The translations under genes and the position numbers were made by a program. Below the pieces are notes generated by a model that was not told where the DNA came from, made no database searches, and saw only the letters and a program-made list of their open reading frames with translations. From a virus (Duplodnaviria > Heunggongvirae > Uroviricota > Caudoviricetes), in IMG/VR virus record IMGVR_UViG_3300042349_000541, positions 1-30,772 of that record: a stretch of DNA of 30,772 bases; one strand, 5' to 3'. How positions within the stretch are numbered: position 1 is the stretch's first letter; each line of letters begins with the position of its first letter. Below, in pieces: positions 8,167 to 16,815 of the stretch.

Positions 8167-9208
8167 ATATGTTTCCTCTTATTTTTAATAAAGACGCTTG
8201 GATAGTACCGTTATATAGAAAATATTCTATGTTAAAGTCTTCGTATAAATCTATTAGTTTTTTTACTTCTCTAAACTGACTAACCGATACAGTGGCTGTT
8301 GGATATCTCATTCCGGATATTCGAAAATCGACTGCAAAAGTCATGTATATTTTATTGTTAAAATATTGAAGTCTTATTGCGGGCCTGAGCATATATATAT
8401 TTAATGCCGATAGAAGTTCTTCTTCACCTATCAAACTGGCTGATGCGGGAAAATACATATAAAAAGCTTTACCGTCGTTTTCATTATAAACACCGTCTGT
8501 AGGTATATCCGGGTAATTTTCATCGTATTTTTGACATGCACTTGTGTCTAAACCAAATTTTGCAAAAATAGTTGTCTCGGAATTATTATAATCAAATACA
8601 ACATTAGAATTGTTGGTCTCATTGTACTGCGGACTGATATCAAGTAAAAACTTTTTTTCTTTGAAACCGGCGATTTCACGAGCAGGAAAGTTTATATCTA
8701 AGGATACGCCTTTGATCGGCGGAAGTTTATTATATCTTTCCATGAAAAAATTTGTAATATCTTTAATGTAACAGTTTTTATTTATTTCTCCAAAATTAGC
8801 TGTCACCTTTAGTTCGCCAGATTTATTTATACTATCTCCGCAAAAAGTTACATCTCCAAAATAAGCAGGATTAAGATTAGTCCGTGTCAAGTCTATATTA
8901 AACCAGTTGATGAGTGGAAGTGCCGGTACTCCAAAACTAAAACTTGTGGGTGCTGTATAAACCATTTTATTTGTTTTTGAACAACAGCAAAATTGTGTAA
9001 GTTTCGAGTTTCCTCTGTCAATAAAAGATTCGCCTGTAGCGTATTTACGTATAACATCAATTTCTGCTGTAAAACTTGATTCATTTCTATATGTTGTTCT
9101 TACGATAACTGGTTGACACGTAGGACAATCAGCAGTTTTTTCTTCTGGGCAATAATCTAAATATTCGTTAGATCTTTTAATTGTTTTGCAAGTAGTTTCT
9201 TTTAACAT
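8159..9208 (-). CDS. Hypothetical tail-region protein with Cys-rich N-terminus
   Basis: Long ORF. ATG at 9208, 8 nt after the upstream stop, is preferred over TTG at 9283. Contains C..C..CPTC..CCC. Confidence 0.7.
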   Translation of the reverse strand: MLKETTCKTIKRSNEYLDYCPEEKTADCPTCQPVIVRTTYRNESSFTAEIDVIRKYATGESFIDRGNSKLTQFCCCSKTNKMVYTAPTSFSFGVPALPLINWFNIDLTRTNLNPAYFGDVTFCGDSINKSGELKVTANFGEINKNCYIKDITNFFMERYNKLPPIKGVSLDINFPAREIAGFKEKKFLLDISPQYNETNNSNVVFDYNNSETTIFAKFGLDTSACQKYDENYPDIPTDGVYNENDGKAFYMYFPASASLIGEEELLSALNIYMLRPAIRLQYFNNKIYMTFAVDFRISGMRYPTATVSVSQFREVKKLIDLYEDFNIEYFLYNGTIQASLLKIRGNIYA

Positions 9209-9216
9209 TAGATATC

Positions 9217-10167
9217 TTAAATATTTGGCTCGTGAGTAAATCCTTCCCCTGCCGGGTTTTGAAAATTTCTTCTTAATTGACAATAGCTACGATATTCTTT
9301 TTCTTTATAATTATAAAATATTTTGTCGGGATAAGTATTTTCAGTCATTTCTGTATAATATGTTGGATCAACAAGTAATCCGTTAGGTTCGTTTCCAGTA
9401 TATACTATTAAAAATCCTGTATATTTAGTTGTGACTTTACAGCAACCGCTTACTTCAAATCCCTGCAATGTTTTACATGACGAAGAATAATATATTATTC
9501 TTGATTGAGTATCGCATTCGGGAAGTAAAACACCAGTTCCCTGTGATTCACTTCCTGCAATTCCTCCCTCTACATCTAATGTAGAGCACAAGACAACTTC
9601 GTTTTTCCAGTCCAAGTCTGCTGCGTATCTGTCTAAATGTTCCGATATATCCGTGGCGTTTGAATTATGTAGTTCAGTAAATTTTGTATCATTAAAACTT
9701 TGAGGGGCTTGAACTTCGTTTGTTGCTACAACTATTTGTTCGTCTTTATAATTTAAAGCTATTGACCAAGGATCTAATCTTTCGTCGGGTATTTCTATAA
9801 TTAATATATTGTTTTCTTGCAATATCTTTCCGTATTTAGCAAACATGGGCTGATAAAAGCGAATGTCGCTACCTCTATATATTGTAAAATCAGAAATAAC
9901 AGATGCCGGATTAAATTTAATTCTAATTTTTCTATTTGCATAAGTTTTTCTAACTGCAATTGGCGGAACTAAACCTGTATTATCACCTTGGGTATAGTAG
10001 TAGTAAGCAGTCCCGTCTCCCACGTAAAAATATTCAAAACAACCCATGCTTGAAATAGTTTTATTTACAGGCAGGGTGACTTTATTACCGAATAGTTCTA
10101 TATCTATAGTTTTCAGTAATCTATCACAAGTACAAACACTTTTATCGCAGCATTTACAATTTGACAT
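9217..10167 (-). CDS. Hypothetical tail-region protein with N-terminal CKCC-x4-CTC
   Basis: 316-aa ORF starting 1 nt after the upstream stop; many Cys. Confidence 0.72.
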   Translation of the reverse strand: MSNCKCCDKSVCTCDRLLKTIDIELFGNKVTLPVNKTISSMGCFEYFYVGDGTAYYYYTQGDNTGLVPPIAVRKTYANRKIRIKFNPASVISDFTIYRGSDIRFYQPMFAKYGKILQENNILIIEIPDERLDPWSIALNYKDEQIVVATNEVQAPQSFNDTKFTELHNSNATDISEHLDRYAADLDWKNEVVLCSTLDVEGGIAGSESQGTGVLLPECDTQSRIIYYSSSCKTLQGFEVSGCCKVTTKYTGFLIVYTGNEPNGLLVDPTYYTEMTENTYPDKIFYNYKEKEYRSYCQLRRNFQNPAGEGFTHEPNI

Positions 10168-10168
10168 T

Positions 10169-13100
10169 TTAGCAAGAATAATTAATTATTCTCCATTCGT
10201 AATTAATTCTGTTACATAAAACATACGTACCTTTTTTAAGCGATAGCGAGGTGTCTCTATTCATTCCGACAATAGTTTCTCCGCTTTCGGTAATTTTATT
10301 ATCTAGTTTTGCACCTTCTGATTCTATATAATGAGAAGATCTAGCTATATTTACCACGAATTGCTCGGGAGTATCAAAAGATTCTGGAGCATTTAAATCT
10401 TCCGATAAAAAACCTTCTATAAAATCGAAGCCGCTACCCCAAGTTTTTCTTTCTTCATCCCATCTTAAATCAACTGGACCAGTTTTCCATAAATGTCTTT
10501 TCCTTCCGATTTCTTCCAACTGATTAAAGCGGTCCTCAACGTCTCCTGACGAATCGTAGGGTGCAGCCTTACCGTCAAGACCCATTCCCCATCCCGACAG
10601 CATCAGCGGGCCTCTAAGACCCATAGAACGAACCACATCCGGCTTAGCATCCTGATTGTTTAAATTCATGTCTAAATCGGGAGTAACTTCTTCTCCGTGT
10701 ACGACTAAAGTAAAATCGTTTTCTGTGAAATAGTAGGGATCATAATTATCAGAATTTGGAGCTTTAAAGTTGGCATCTGCTTCTGACTTTTGTAATTCAG
10801 GTCCAGATACAATTAGTGTTTTTTCTTTTCTAGATCCTACTGGTGTTAATATTTGTTCCATAGAACAACCATAACTATTGCTAAAATCTCTATTGATAGC
10901 AGCCACTTGATTTTGTGGTACTCCACAATTTACAACAGTTCTTTTCTTTTCGGTTTTTGGGTCTACAGCTTCTTCGCCATTCTCCGTAGCAAGCAAATTA
11001 ATGTTTTCTGGAGGATTTTCACCCTCGGGCTGTTCTGGCTGTTCTGGTTCCTTTTTTTTCTCTTCGTCTTTAGCTATGTTCGCAACTGGAAAATTAATAC
11101 CAGCATTTAAAGCCATTAAATGTTTAAGTCCCTTGCCGTAAAAACTGTCCTTGTATGGTGGTGCCGAAAAAGGCCGAAGTTCCATTTTGCTTCGCATATT
11201 CTGCATAAATGCTATAGCACTTTTATTTATAAGTGCAAATCTATCGGCGTTATATTTAGCGAGCTTGCCGAACTGCGGAGTCCAAGTATTGAAGGAGTAG
11301 GATGTAGTAATTCCTCCAGTGCTGTAATTAACAGACATTCCTGTTATGTACGGTCCCGATTGTAAAAATCTATCCGCCAGATTAGACTCGGGCATACCAT
11401 AAGTTTCTACACTTCCGGTTTCTCTTCCGCTAACTTCGGCATTAACAACTGCTGCATAGGTAAGACCGACGTTGTTCATATTTGATATGCCACCGTAAGT
11501 TTCAGGAGTTAAAGATTCTTCCAGAATAAATTCGGCTTTACCGTTTTTAGCCTTGTAATTCCACCACGGACCCCATCTATATCTTGTGCTTTGCTGAGGT
11601 ATTCCTATTTGCATTGGTGCGACTCTTGCTGGTGCTATACCATAATTTGTAGTTCCAGATTCCGCCGTTAAAGCAAATAAAGGTTGTAAATCTTGAAAGC
11701 TATATCCGAAATAAATATTAAGTAACCAAGCAAGTCCGTTGCTTTGTGTTGTGTACTGGTCTATATGGTTAACAGCCTGAACTTCCGCAACGCAGGACGG
11801 GCCGTTGGCTCTCCATGTTATATCCTTCTCCAGATTAATAACCGACGCTATCGCTCCTGTAGAAGTAAAAGAATAACCATTACCAAGATTCGTGTAGTCC
11901 TTGTTAAATTTATCATAGTTCCAAGAAGCAGTCGGTTTTAATCTTCCTTCGCCATCGTAAAAAGATATGTCTTGGAATCCTGAGTTTTCCGACCAAGCAG
12001 CATCGGATACTTCCCAACTATTAATGTATTGAAAATCAGTTAGCACGAACTTTAAGTTGTTTGCTATTCCGCCCGGCTCTTGCGGTAATGATACGAAATA
12101 TTTTCTGCCCCAATATTCTTCACCGGCACTTTTTATAGCATTATGTATTTTCTCCAAGTCTTCATACATAAACTTTCCGGCTGTTATCAGATTTTTTTGC
12201 TGAGCGTATTTAAAAGTAGAATCCATAAAATCAATTGCACTAATTTTGCCCGTGGCAATTCTATTTAAAACAAACTGGTCTATTCTAACGTTTGTAAATA
12301 GTGCATTTGCATATCTATCAATGATAGGGTTACGGCGACCCAAATACCTTCTTATAATGTGAAATAATATCCAGCTATCAAAAGAATGCATTGCACATCT
12401 AACCTCCATTATATCGGGAGGATAGCGTTCGCCATTATCTAGAATAATATTTTCACTATATTCTGGCTGTATGCTTTTTGTGCGACCCCATATTTGTCTT
12501 AGAGATATAGGACTAGCTCTATAATATCTTGTTGCCGGGCCTCCAACGACTATTTTTTGCGTAACAGCATCGTTAAGTTCTTTTCCTACATCGCCGCTTA
12601 CTAATTTTTGTTCTTTTTCAAATCTGTTAACTATCTGTTTTACTACTTCCGGGTCCGGAGGCATTGATTTGTCTATAACTTTAATTTTTATCTTAGCATC
12701 TTGAATTATGCCCGTGGTTATTTCTCCGTTTTTAGGTTCTACTGTTACGACATAATCATGCATAAATAAAGAGCAAACATCTTCTAGTATAGAAGATATT
12801 GTTTGAACCGGACCTTTGACACGATACATATGATAATTAGGAATAGAAAGTAATAATTTTTTTACTTCTGTTAAATCTAATTCGAACTTGGTGTCGCCAT
12901 AATTAATTCTTCCCCCGAATGGATGAGATCCTTTTGATATCTCTTCGAGTAAAACTAAGCAATCATATCCGGGAAAACCTAGTGAATTAACTCCTGATAA
13001 ACCAAAGCTTCCGCCGTAACTAAAATTTTCTTTTATCGCAAAAGGATTCCAGATATTATCGGCTTGATTGGTAAATGTTCCCATTCCGTAATAATTAGTT

Positions 13101-13420
13101 CCCTGAAATGTATCAAGAACAACTTGAACTCCATCTAAAGCTCTTGATGGTGATTCTAGTATAATATTATACTTATAACCATCTAACGATCTTTGTTGCG
13201 TGTATCTTTGGAATAAACCGGCGAATTTAAGCTCTCCTATTGACAAACCGACACATGTTCCCATTGAGGGAAAATTTTTACTGTAATCTTTTCCGCTTAA
13301 AGGTCCGTCTTGTTCATAGACAATATTCATCTGACACGTACTAGATTGGCTTCCCCAGCCGACATTGAATGAAGCATCTATTAATTCACCGTCAAATATT
13401 ATTACTGGGTTAATTTCCAT
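10169..13420 (-). CDS. Putative baseplate hub / tail-tip (Tal/gp27-like) protein
   Basis: The N-terminal pattern 'ASFNVGWG..SSTCQMNIV...LKFAGLFQRY...YNIILESP...L', 'TISSILEDVC...DYVV' and later 'GSVETYGMP...ITGMSVNY..GGITTSYSF' resembles hub folds. Lies downstream of the TMP. Start set at the TAATG overlap (13420). Confidence 0.55.
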   Translation of the reverse strand: MEINPVIIFDGELIDASFNVGWGSQSSTCQMNIVYEQDGPLSGKDYSKNFPSMGTCVGLSIGELKFAGLFQRYTQQRSLDGYKYNIILESPSRALDGVQVVLDTFQGTNYYGMGTFTNQADNIWNPFAIKENFSYGGSFGLSGVNSLGFPGYDCLVLLEEISKGSHPFGGRINYGDTKFELDLTEVKKLLLSIPNYHMYRVKGPVQTISSILEDVCSLFMHDYVVTVEPKNGEITTGIIQDAKIKIKVIDKSMPPDPEVVKQIVNRFEKEQKLVSGDVGKELNDAVTQKIVVGGPATRYYRASPISLRQIWGRTKSIQPEYSENIILDNGERYPPDIMEVRCAMHSFDSWILFHIIRRYLGRRNPIIDRYANALFTNVRIDQFVLNRIATGKISAIDFMDSTFKYAQQKNLITAGKFMYEDLEKIHNAIKSAGEEYWGRKYFVSLPQEPGGIANNLKFVLTDFQYINSWEVSDAAWSENSGFQDISFYDGEGRLKPTASWNYDKFNKDYTNLGNGYSFTSTGAIASVINLEKDITWRANGPSCVAEVQAVNHIDQYTTQSNGLAWLLNIYFGYSFQDLQPLFALTAESGTTNYGIAPARVAPMQIGIPQQSTRYRWGPWWNYKAKNGKAEFILEESLTPETYGGISNMNNVGLTYAAVVNAEVSGRETGSVETYGMPESNLADRFLQSGPYITGMSVNYSTGGITTSYSFNTWTPQFGKLAKYNADRFALINKSAIAFMQNMRSKMELRPFSAPPYKDSFYGKGLKHLMALNAGINFPVANIAKDEEKKKEPEQPEQPEGENPPENINLLATENGEEAVDPKTEKKRTVVNCGVPQNQVAAINRDFSNSYGCSMEQILTPVGSRKEKTLIVSGPELQKSEADANFKAPNSDNYDPYYFTENDFTLVVHGEEVTPDLDMNLNNQDAKPDVVRSMGLRGPLMLSGWGMGLDGKAAPYDSSGDVEDRFNQLEEIGRKRHLWKTGPVDLRWDEERKTWGSGFDFIEGFLSEDLNAPESFDTPEQFVVNIARSSHYIESEGAKLDNKITESGETIVGMNRDTSLSLKKGTYVLCNRINYEWRIINYSC

Positions 13421-14937
13421 TAGTATATCCACTCCACGCTTAAGCTATAATTTCCCGTTTGAGGTTCCCAGTTTTCAACATGACTTTGTATTGCTAAGTT
13501 TGGACCTACGGGAGCATATACAGCCACCACAGAATATCCATTAGGTTTACTTACTCTATTATTTTTAGACATTACTGCGTCCAACTGAACCGATCTTCTT
13601 CTTTCTTTACTTGTTTTCATGTTTTGAATAACAGGGCCGTTAGCCCGTGCTATTACAGGTATTATAGCAACAGTTTGAACCTGATACTGATCATTATCAT
13701 AATTAATAGATATGTTTGTATTTTTAGCACCATTAATTAAAATAGGAAGATCATTATAAGAAAAACTGAAACTTATTGTTCCATTTTTATTATTCTTTCC
13801 AACAGTGCTTGATCTAACTACATTAGATAGTTGCCCGGAAACTCCAAGAGTTAAATAGTTAGACAGGGCAAAGCTATAAACATTACTCTTTACAGTTTGA
13901 AATGCGAGTTCGGCATTTTGTATTTTTCTTATGATAGTAGACGATGCGGGCGATTCGTCGTAACCAATTATACTTCCTTCTACCGTAATGCTTACCGTGT
14001 CGTTTTGGTCTATTTCTATATTTACATCGATATCAATTGAAGCATTAGACCTAGATGTTGACCAAGTTTCCGTTACAGAGTATGATCCCTCCGAAATATT
14101 TATTTCGGGAATTCTTGTGTGATTGTAAGGAAGAAATGAATCTAGATTTGGTATCAAGCCGCTTGGGGAATTGCTTGCATACCTACCATTAAATTGATTT
14201 TCGATATCAACATTTGATAGCATCTCTTTTGTGATAGGGTCAAACGGAGATGTTTTTAATCTGGTATTAACCCATCTTTCTGCCTCTTTCCAAGCGGTAG
14301 ATGCAAAACCAGTTCCTCCCGAATTTCCCTTTCTTATGCCGGTCGCCGAAACAGTATGAGTAATAATATAATTTTTATATATGTCCCCCGTTATATTGTT
14401 GCCGATATAAGAAACATTGTCATCAAGTTCGTAGCCCCAATTTTCTTCAACAGAACTTAGTAAGTATCCTGTGTGATCAAAAGGCTGTAATGTTATACCG
14501 TCTCCGATAGAAGAATCTATATAAGCCTCAAAGCTTAATGAATATTCTGAATACAATATAGCGGAGCTATTTTCCGGTGATTCAGGAGTAGATACGCTTA
14601 ATAATCTAGCGTCACTAAAAATGATTTTTCCGGGTTTTCCACCGTAGGGAGCTATCTCAAGTTTTCCCGTAATACCCTTGCTGGTCTTAAGGTAATTTAT
14701 TCTTTCGGCCATCATACTGTTATAGCGAGATTGTCTTGCTCCTATATCAGTAATGTCTATCTCTGATGGTACTATAAAAGTTCCAGATATTGTTATTGTA
14801 TATTTACTATTAAGTATGCCGCCTTCGGAAGTAACGGAAGTAATGTCTTTTTGTATTCCATATTTCGGAAAAGCTCCTATAGAAGCATCGCCACCTAGCT
14901 GTATTGAACTAGCATTGTAAGGAGTGAAAGTTATCAT
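13420..14937 (-). CDS. Putative distal-tail/baseplate structural protein
   Basis: 505 aa of repeated beta-hairpin units ('YTITISGT', 'YSLSFEA', 'YSVTETW', 'ISFSFSY', 'YSLSVEW'). TAATG-coupled at both ends and directly upstream of the hub-like gene. Confidence 0.55.
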   Translation of the reverse strand: MITFTPYNASSIQLGGDASIGAFPKYGIQKDITSVTSEGGILNSKYTITISGTFIVPSEIDITDIGARQSRYNSMMAERINYLKTSKGITGKLEIAPYGGKPGKIIFSDARLLSVSTPESPENSSAILYSEYSLSFEAYIDSSIGDGITLQPFDHTGYLLSSVEENWGYELDDNVSYIGNNITGDIYKNYIITHTVSATGIRKGNSGGTGFASTAWKEAERWVNTRLKTSPFDPITKEMLSNVDIENQFNGRYASNSPSGLIPNLDSFLPYNHTRIPEINISEGSYSVTETWSTSRSNASIDIDVNIEIDQNDTVSITVEGSIIGYDESPASSTIIRKIQNAELAFQTVKSNVYSFALSNYLTLGVSGQLSNVVRSSTVGKNNKNGTISFSFSYNDLPILINGAKNTNISINYDNDQYQVQTVAIIPVIARANGPVIQNMKTSKERRRSVQLDAVMSKNNRVSKPNGYSVVAVYAPVGPNLAIQSHVENWEPQTGNYSLSVEWIY

Positions 14938-16190
14938 TATTCGGAATATCCAAAAACATTAAGGGTTGCATTAGAAGATGGTAATTCGTGACACTTAGGC
15001 ATAACCAATGTGCAAGAATCTCCAGACCCAGAAACTCCGTCCGTATACAAAAACACATCCTTCAAAGTTTTTTCGCTATGCATATATAATCCTAATTCCT
15101 CTTCTTTTTCCTGTCCACTTCCTACTCCTTTTCTGAATAAAGTCAAATTCATAGGATTTGAAACATTACCAGAAACGGAAACGCAAAACAATGATATGTC
15201 GTCAGACTGAGACAATTGATTGTTCTGTATAAATATACTCAAATTTTCTTGTATATTTTTTGGTTGGTTGACAATGTTTAAACTTAAAGTGCCTGAAACG
15301 TCTGATTTATCTGGTCTGACTAAAACCAGCGGTACACTTCCCGATTCGCCTGCGACTATAGAAGATAAAAATAAGGTAGTGTCTTTGGTGTTAAATCCGC
15401 CCCCCGATACAGTCGCCCCGTAAGTAAATAACGTTGATGTATTAGAGAGTTTGTCGGGATCTATAGTTTTCAAATTTAACGGCAGAACATTGCGATTTCC
15501 AACTTCTATGTGAAAATTTAATCCGTTAGAAGTAGACACAACGCCTTCGGTAAAAAGTGTTGCGGGCCTAGCAAGCAGTTCGGGCGTTTTGTAAAATAGA
15601 TTTAGATTATTTATAGATCCAAAGTTTTTCAGAAAAAGTGTTGGGGTTTGGAGCTTAACTTCATCTTCTATTCGGGATATTTTGTTTATAGTCTTAGTGC
15701 TGTTAAGTCCATACTTTACATCAAATTTGCGATACACTAAAAGCATATCTTGAAGTATTAGCGGATTTGCCAAAGACTGATCTATTGCGTGTACAACATG
15801 TCCAAACGGAATATACGGCCTAATCTCGGAAAATTCTTCGGCTTCGGCAAACTCGAATGCGTCTCCATTAGTTTTGTATATTTTTTTATTCAATATTGTA
15901 TATATGATACCATTACAAATAGTAATATTGTTAATAAAATCAGGATCAGTTGATTCATGAATCGTAGAGTCTGTTAGAACAAAATTATGTGCAGATACTT
16001 CCTTTATCTTAAAGGCGGAATCTTTGTATGTTACATAGAATTTATTTCCGGCAACTTTTAATTCATAGCCATAAAAATTATTACTGCAATCATATGTATT
16101 GCCCGTATAAGATCTTGAGGATTGTGCGGTCCCGCTGGCGTTTGCAGTAAAAATTGCTCCGTGATAAGATTTTGTATATATTTTGGGCAT
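14937..16190 (-). CDS. Tail-associated protein with C-terminal short beta-repeat array
   Basis: About 16 copies of x-x-L-(F/Y/N)-hydrophobic-x-(G/N/T/S) in the C-terminal 235 aa. Confidence 0.65.
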   Translation of the reverse strand: MPKIYTKSYHGAIFTANASGTAQSSRSYTGNTYDCSNNFYGYELKVAGNKFYVTYKDSAFKIKEVSAHNFVLTDSTIHESTDPDFINNITICNGIIYTILNKKIYKTNGDAFEFAEAEEFSEIRPYIPFGHVVHAIDQSLANPLILQDMLLVYRKFDVKYGLNSTKTINKISRIEDEVKLQTPTLFLKNFGSINNLNLFYKTPELLARPATLFTEGVVSTSNGLNFHIEVGNRNVLPLNLKTIDPDKLSNTSTLFTYGATVSGGGFNTKDTTLFLSSIVAGESGSVPLVLVRPDKSDVSGTLSLNIVNQPKNIQENLSIFIQNNQLSQSDDISLFCVSVSGNVSNPMNLTLFRKGVGSGQEKEEELGLYMHSEKTLKDVFLYTDGVSGSGDSCTLVMPKCHELPSSNATLNVFGYSE

Positions 16191-16193
16191 TTA

Positions 16194-16814
16194 TTAATCC
16201 TTTGGCAAATACTTAGGAACGCCATTTTCTAAAAGTATCTTGTGAGATTTGAACATGTCTTTAAGTCTTATCGATTTGTAGTAATATGCATTATCACTAG
16301 GTTTTTCTAAAAATTCCTCACATAAGAATCCGTTTTCGTCCACTTTGTAATACCTTATAGGTGTTTTCGGACCTTCTGTTTTTTTGTTTAGTTGACCAAA
16401 AATACAACACGACTTAAAACCTTCTTTTGAAGCATTTCTACCGATTTCTCCATCGCAAGCAGATTGGGAAATATTTTGATTTGGAATCGATAAAATTTTT
16501 TGCGTGCATGGCTTTATAGTTTTTTTTATAAAACTCTGTATATTATTTATTTCTTCTCCATCATAAAAAATTCTGTATTTTAATTCATAACCAGAAAATA
16601 CATTAATAGTGCTATCTATAACAATTGGATTACATGTTCCGGGATAGCATCCTAAAAAATCTACGTTTAAAGTCATGAAATAATCTATATACTTTTTTAT
16701 ACAAACTTTTAAATTATCAACTGTATCAAAAAATATAAATTTTACTATAACAAAATTATCTAGTATTTCATAGCTAATAAAATTATTTTCGTCAATATTG
16801 TATTTTTTAAACAT
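16194..16814 (-). CDS. Hypothetical protein
   Basis: ATG at 16814, 1 nt after the upstream TAA, is preferred over 16838. Very AT-rich, with several Cys. Confidence 0.65.
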   Translation of the reverse strand: MFKKYNIDENNFISYEILDNFVIVKFIFFDTVDNLKVCIKKYIDYFMTLNVDFLGCYPGTCNPIVIDSTINVFSGYELKYRIFYDGEEINNIQSFIKKTIKPCTQKILSIPNQNISQSACDGEIGRNASKEGFKSCCIFGQLNKKTEGPKTPIRYYKVDENGFLCEEFLEKPSDNAYYYKSIRLKDMFKSHKILLENGVPKYLPKD

Positions 16815-16815
16815 T

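Noticed and set aside
9209-9283. 67-nt overlap suggesting a frameshift between the two Cys-rich genes
   Set aside because: It arises from a TTG start call; the ATG at 9208 removes the overlap, and no convincing slippery site was seen.
11027-11050. 9-bp tandem repeat (also GGAACGGGA x2 at 27601)
   Set aside because: In-frame coding of the PEQPEQ and PPVPPV linkers; only two copies, not CRISPR or a contingency locus.
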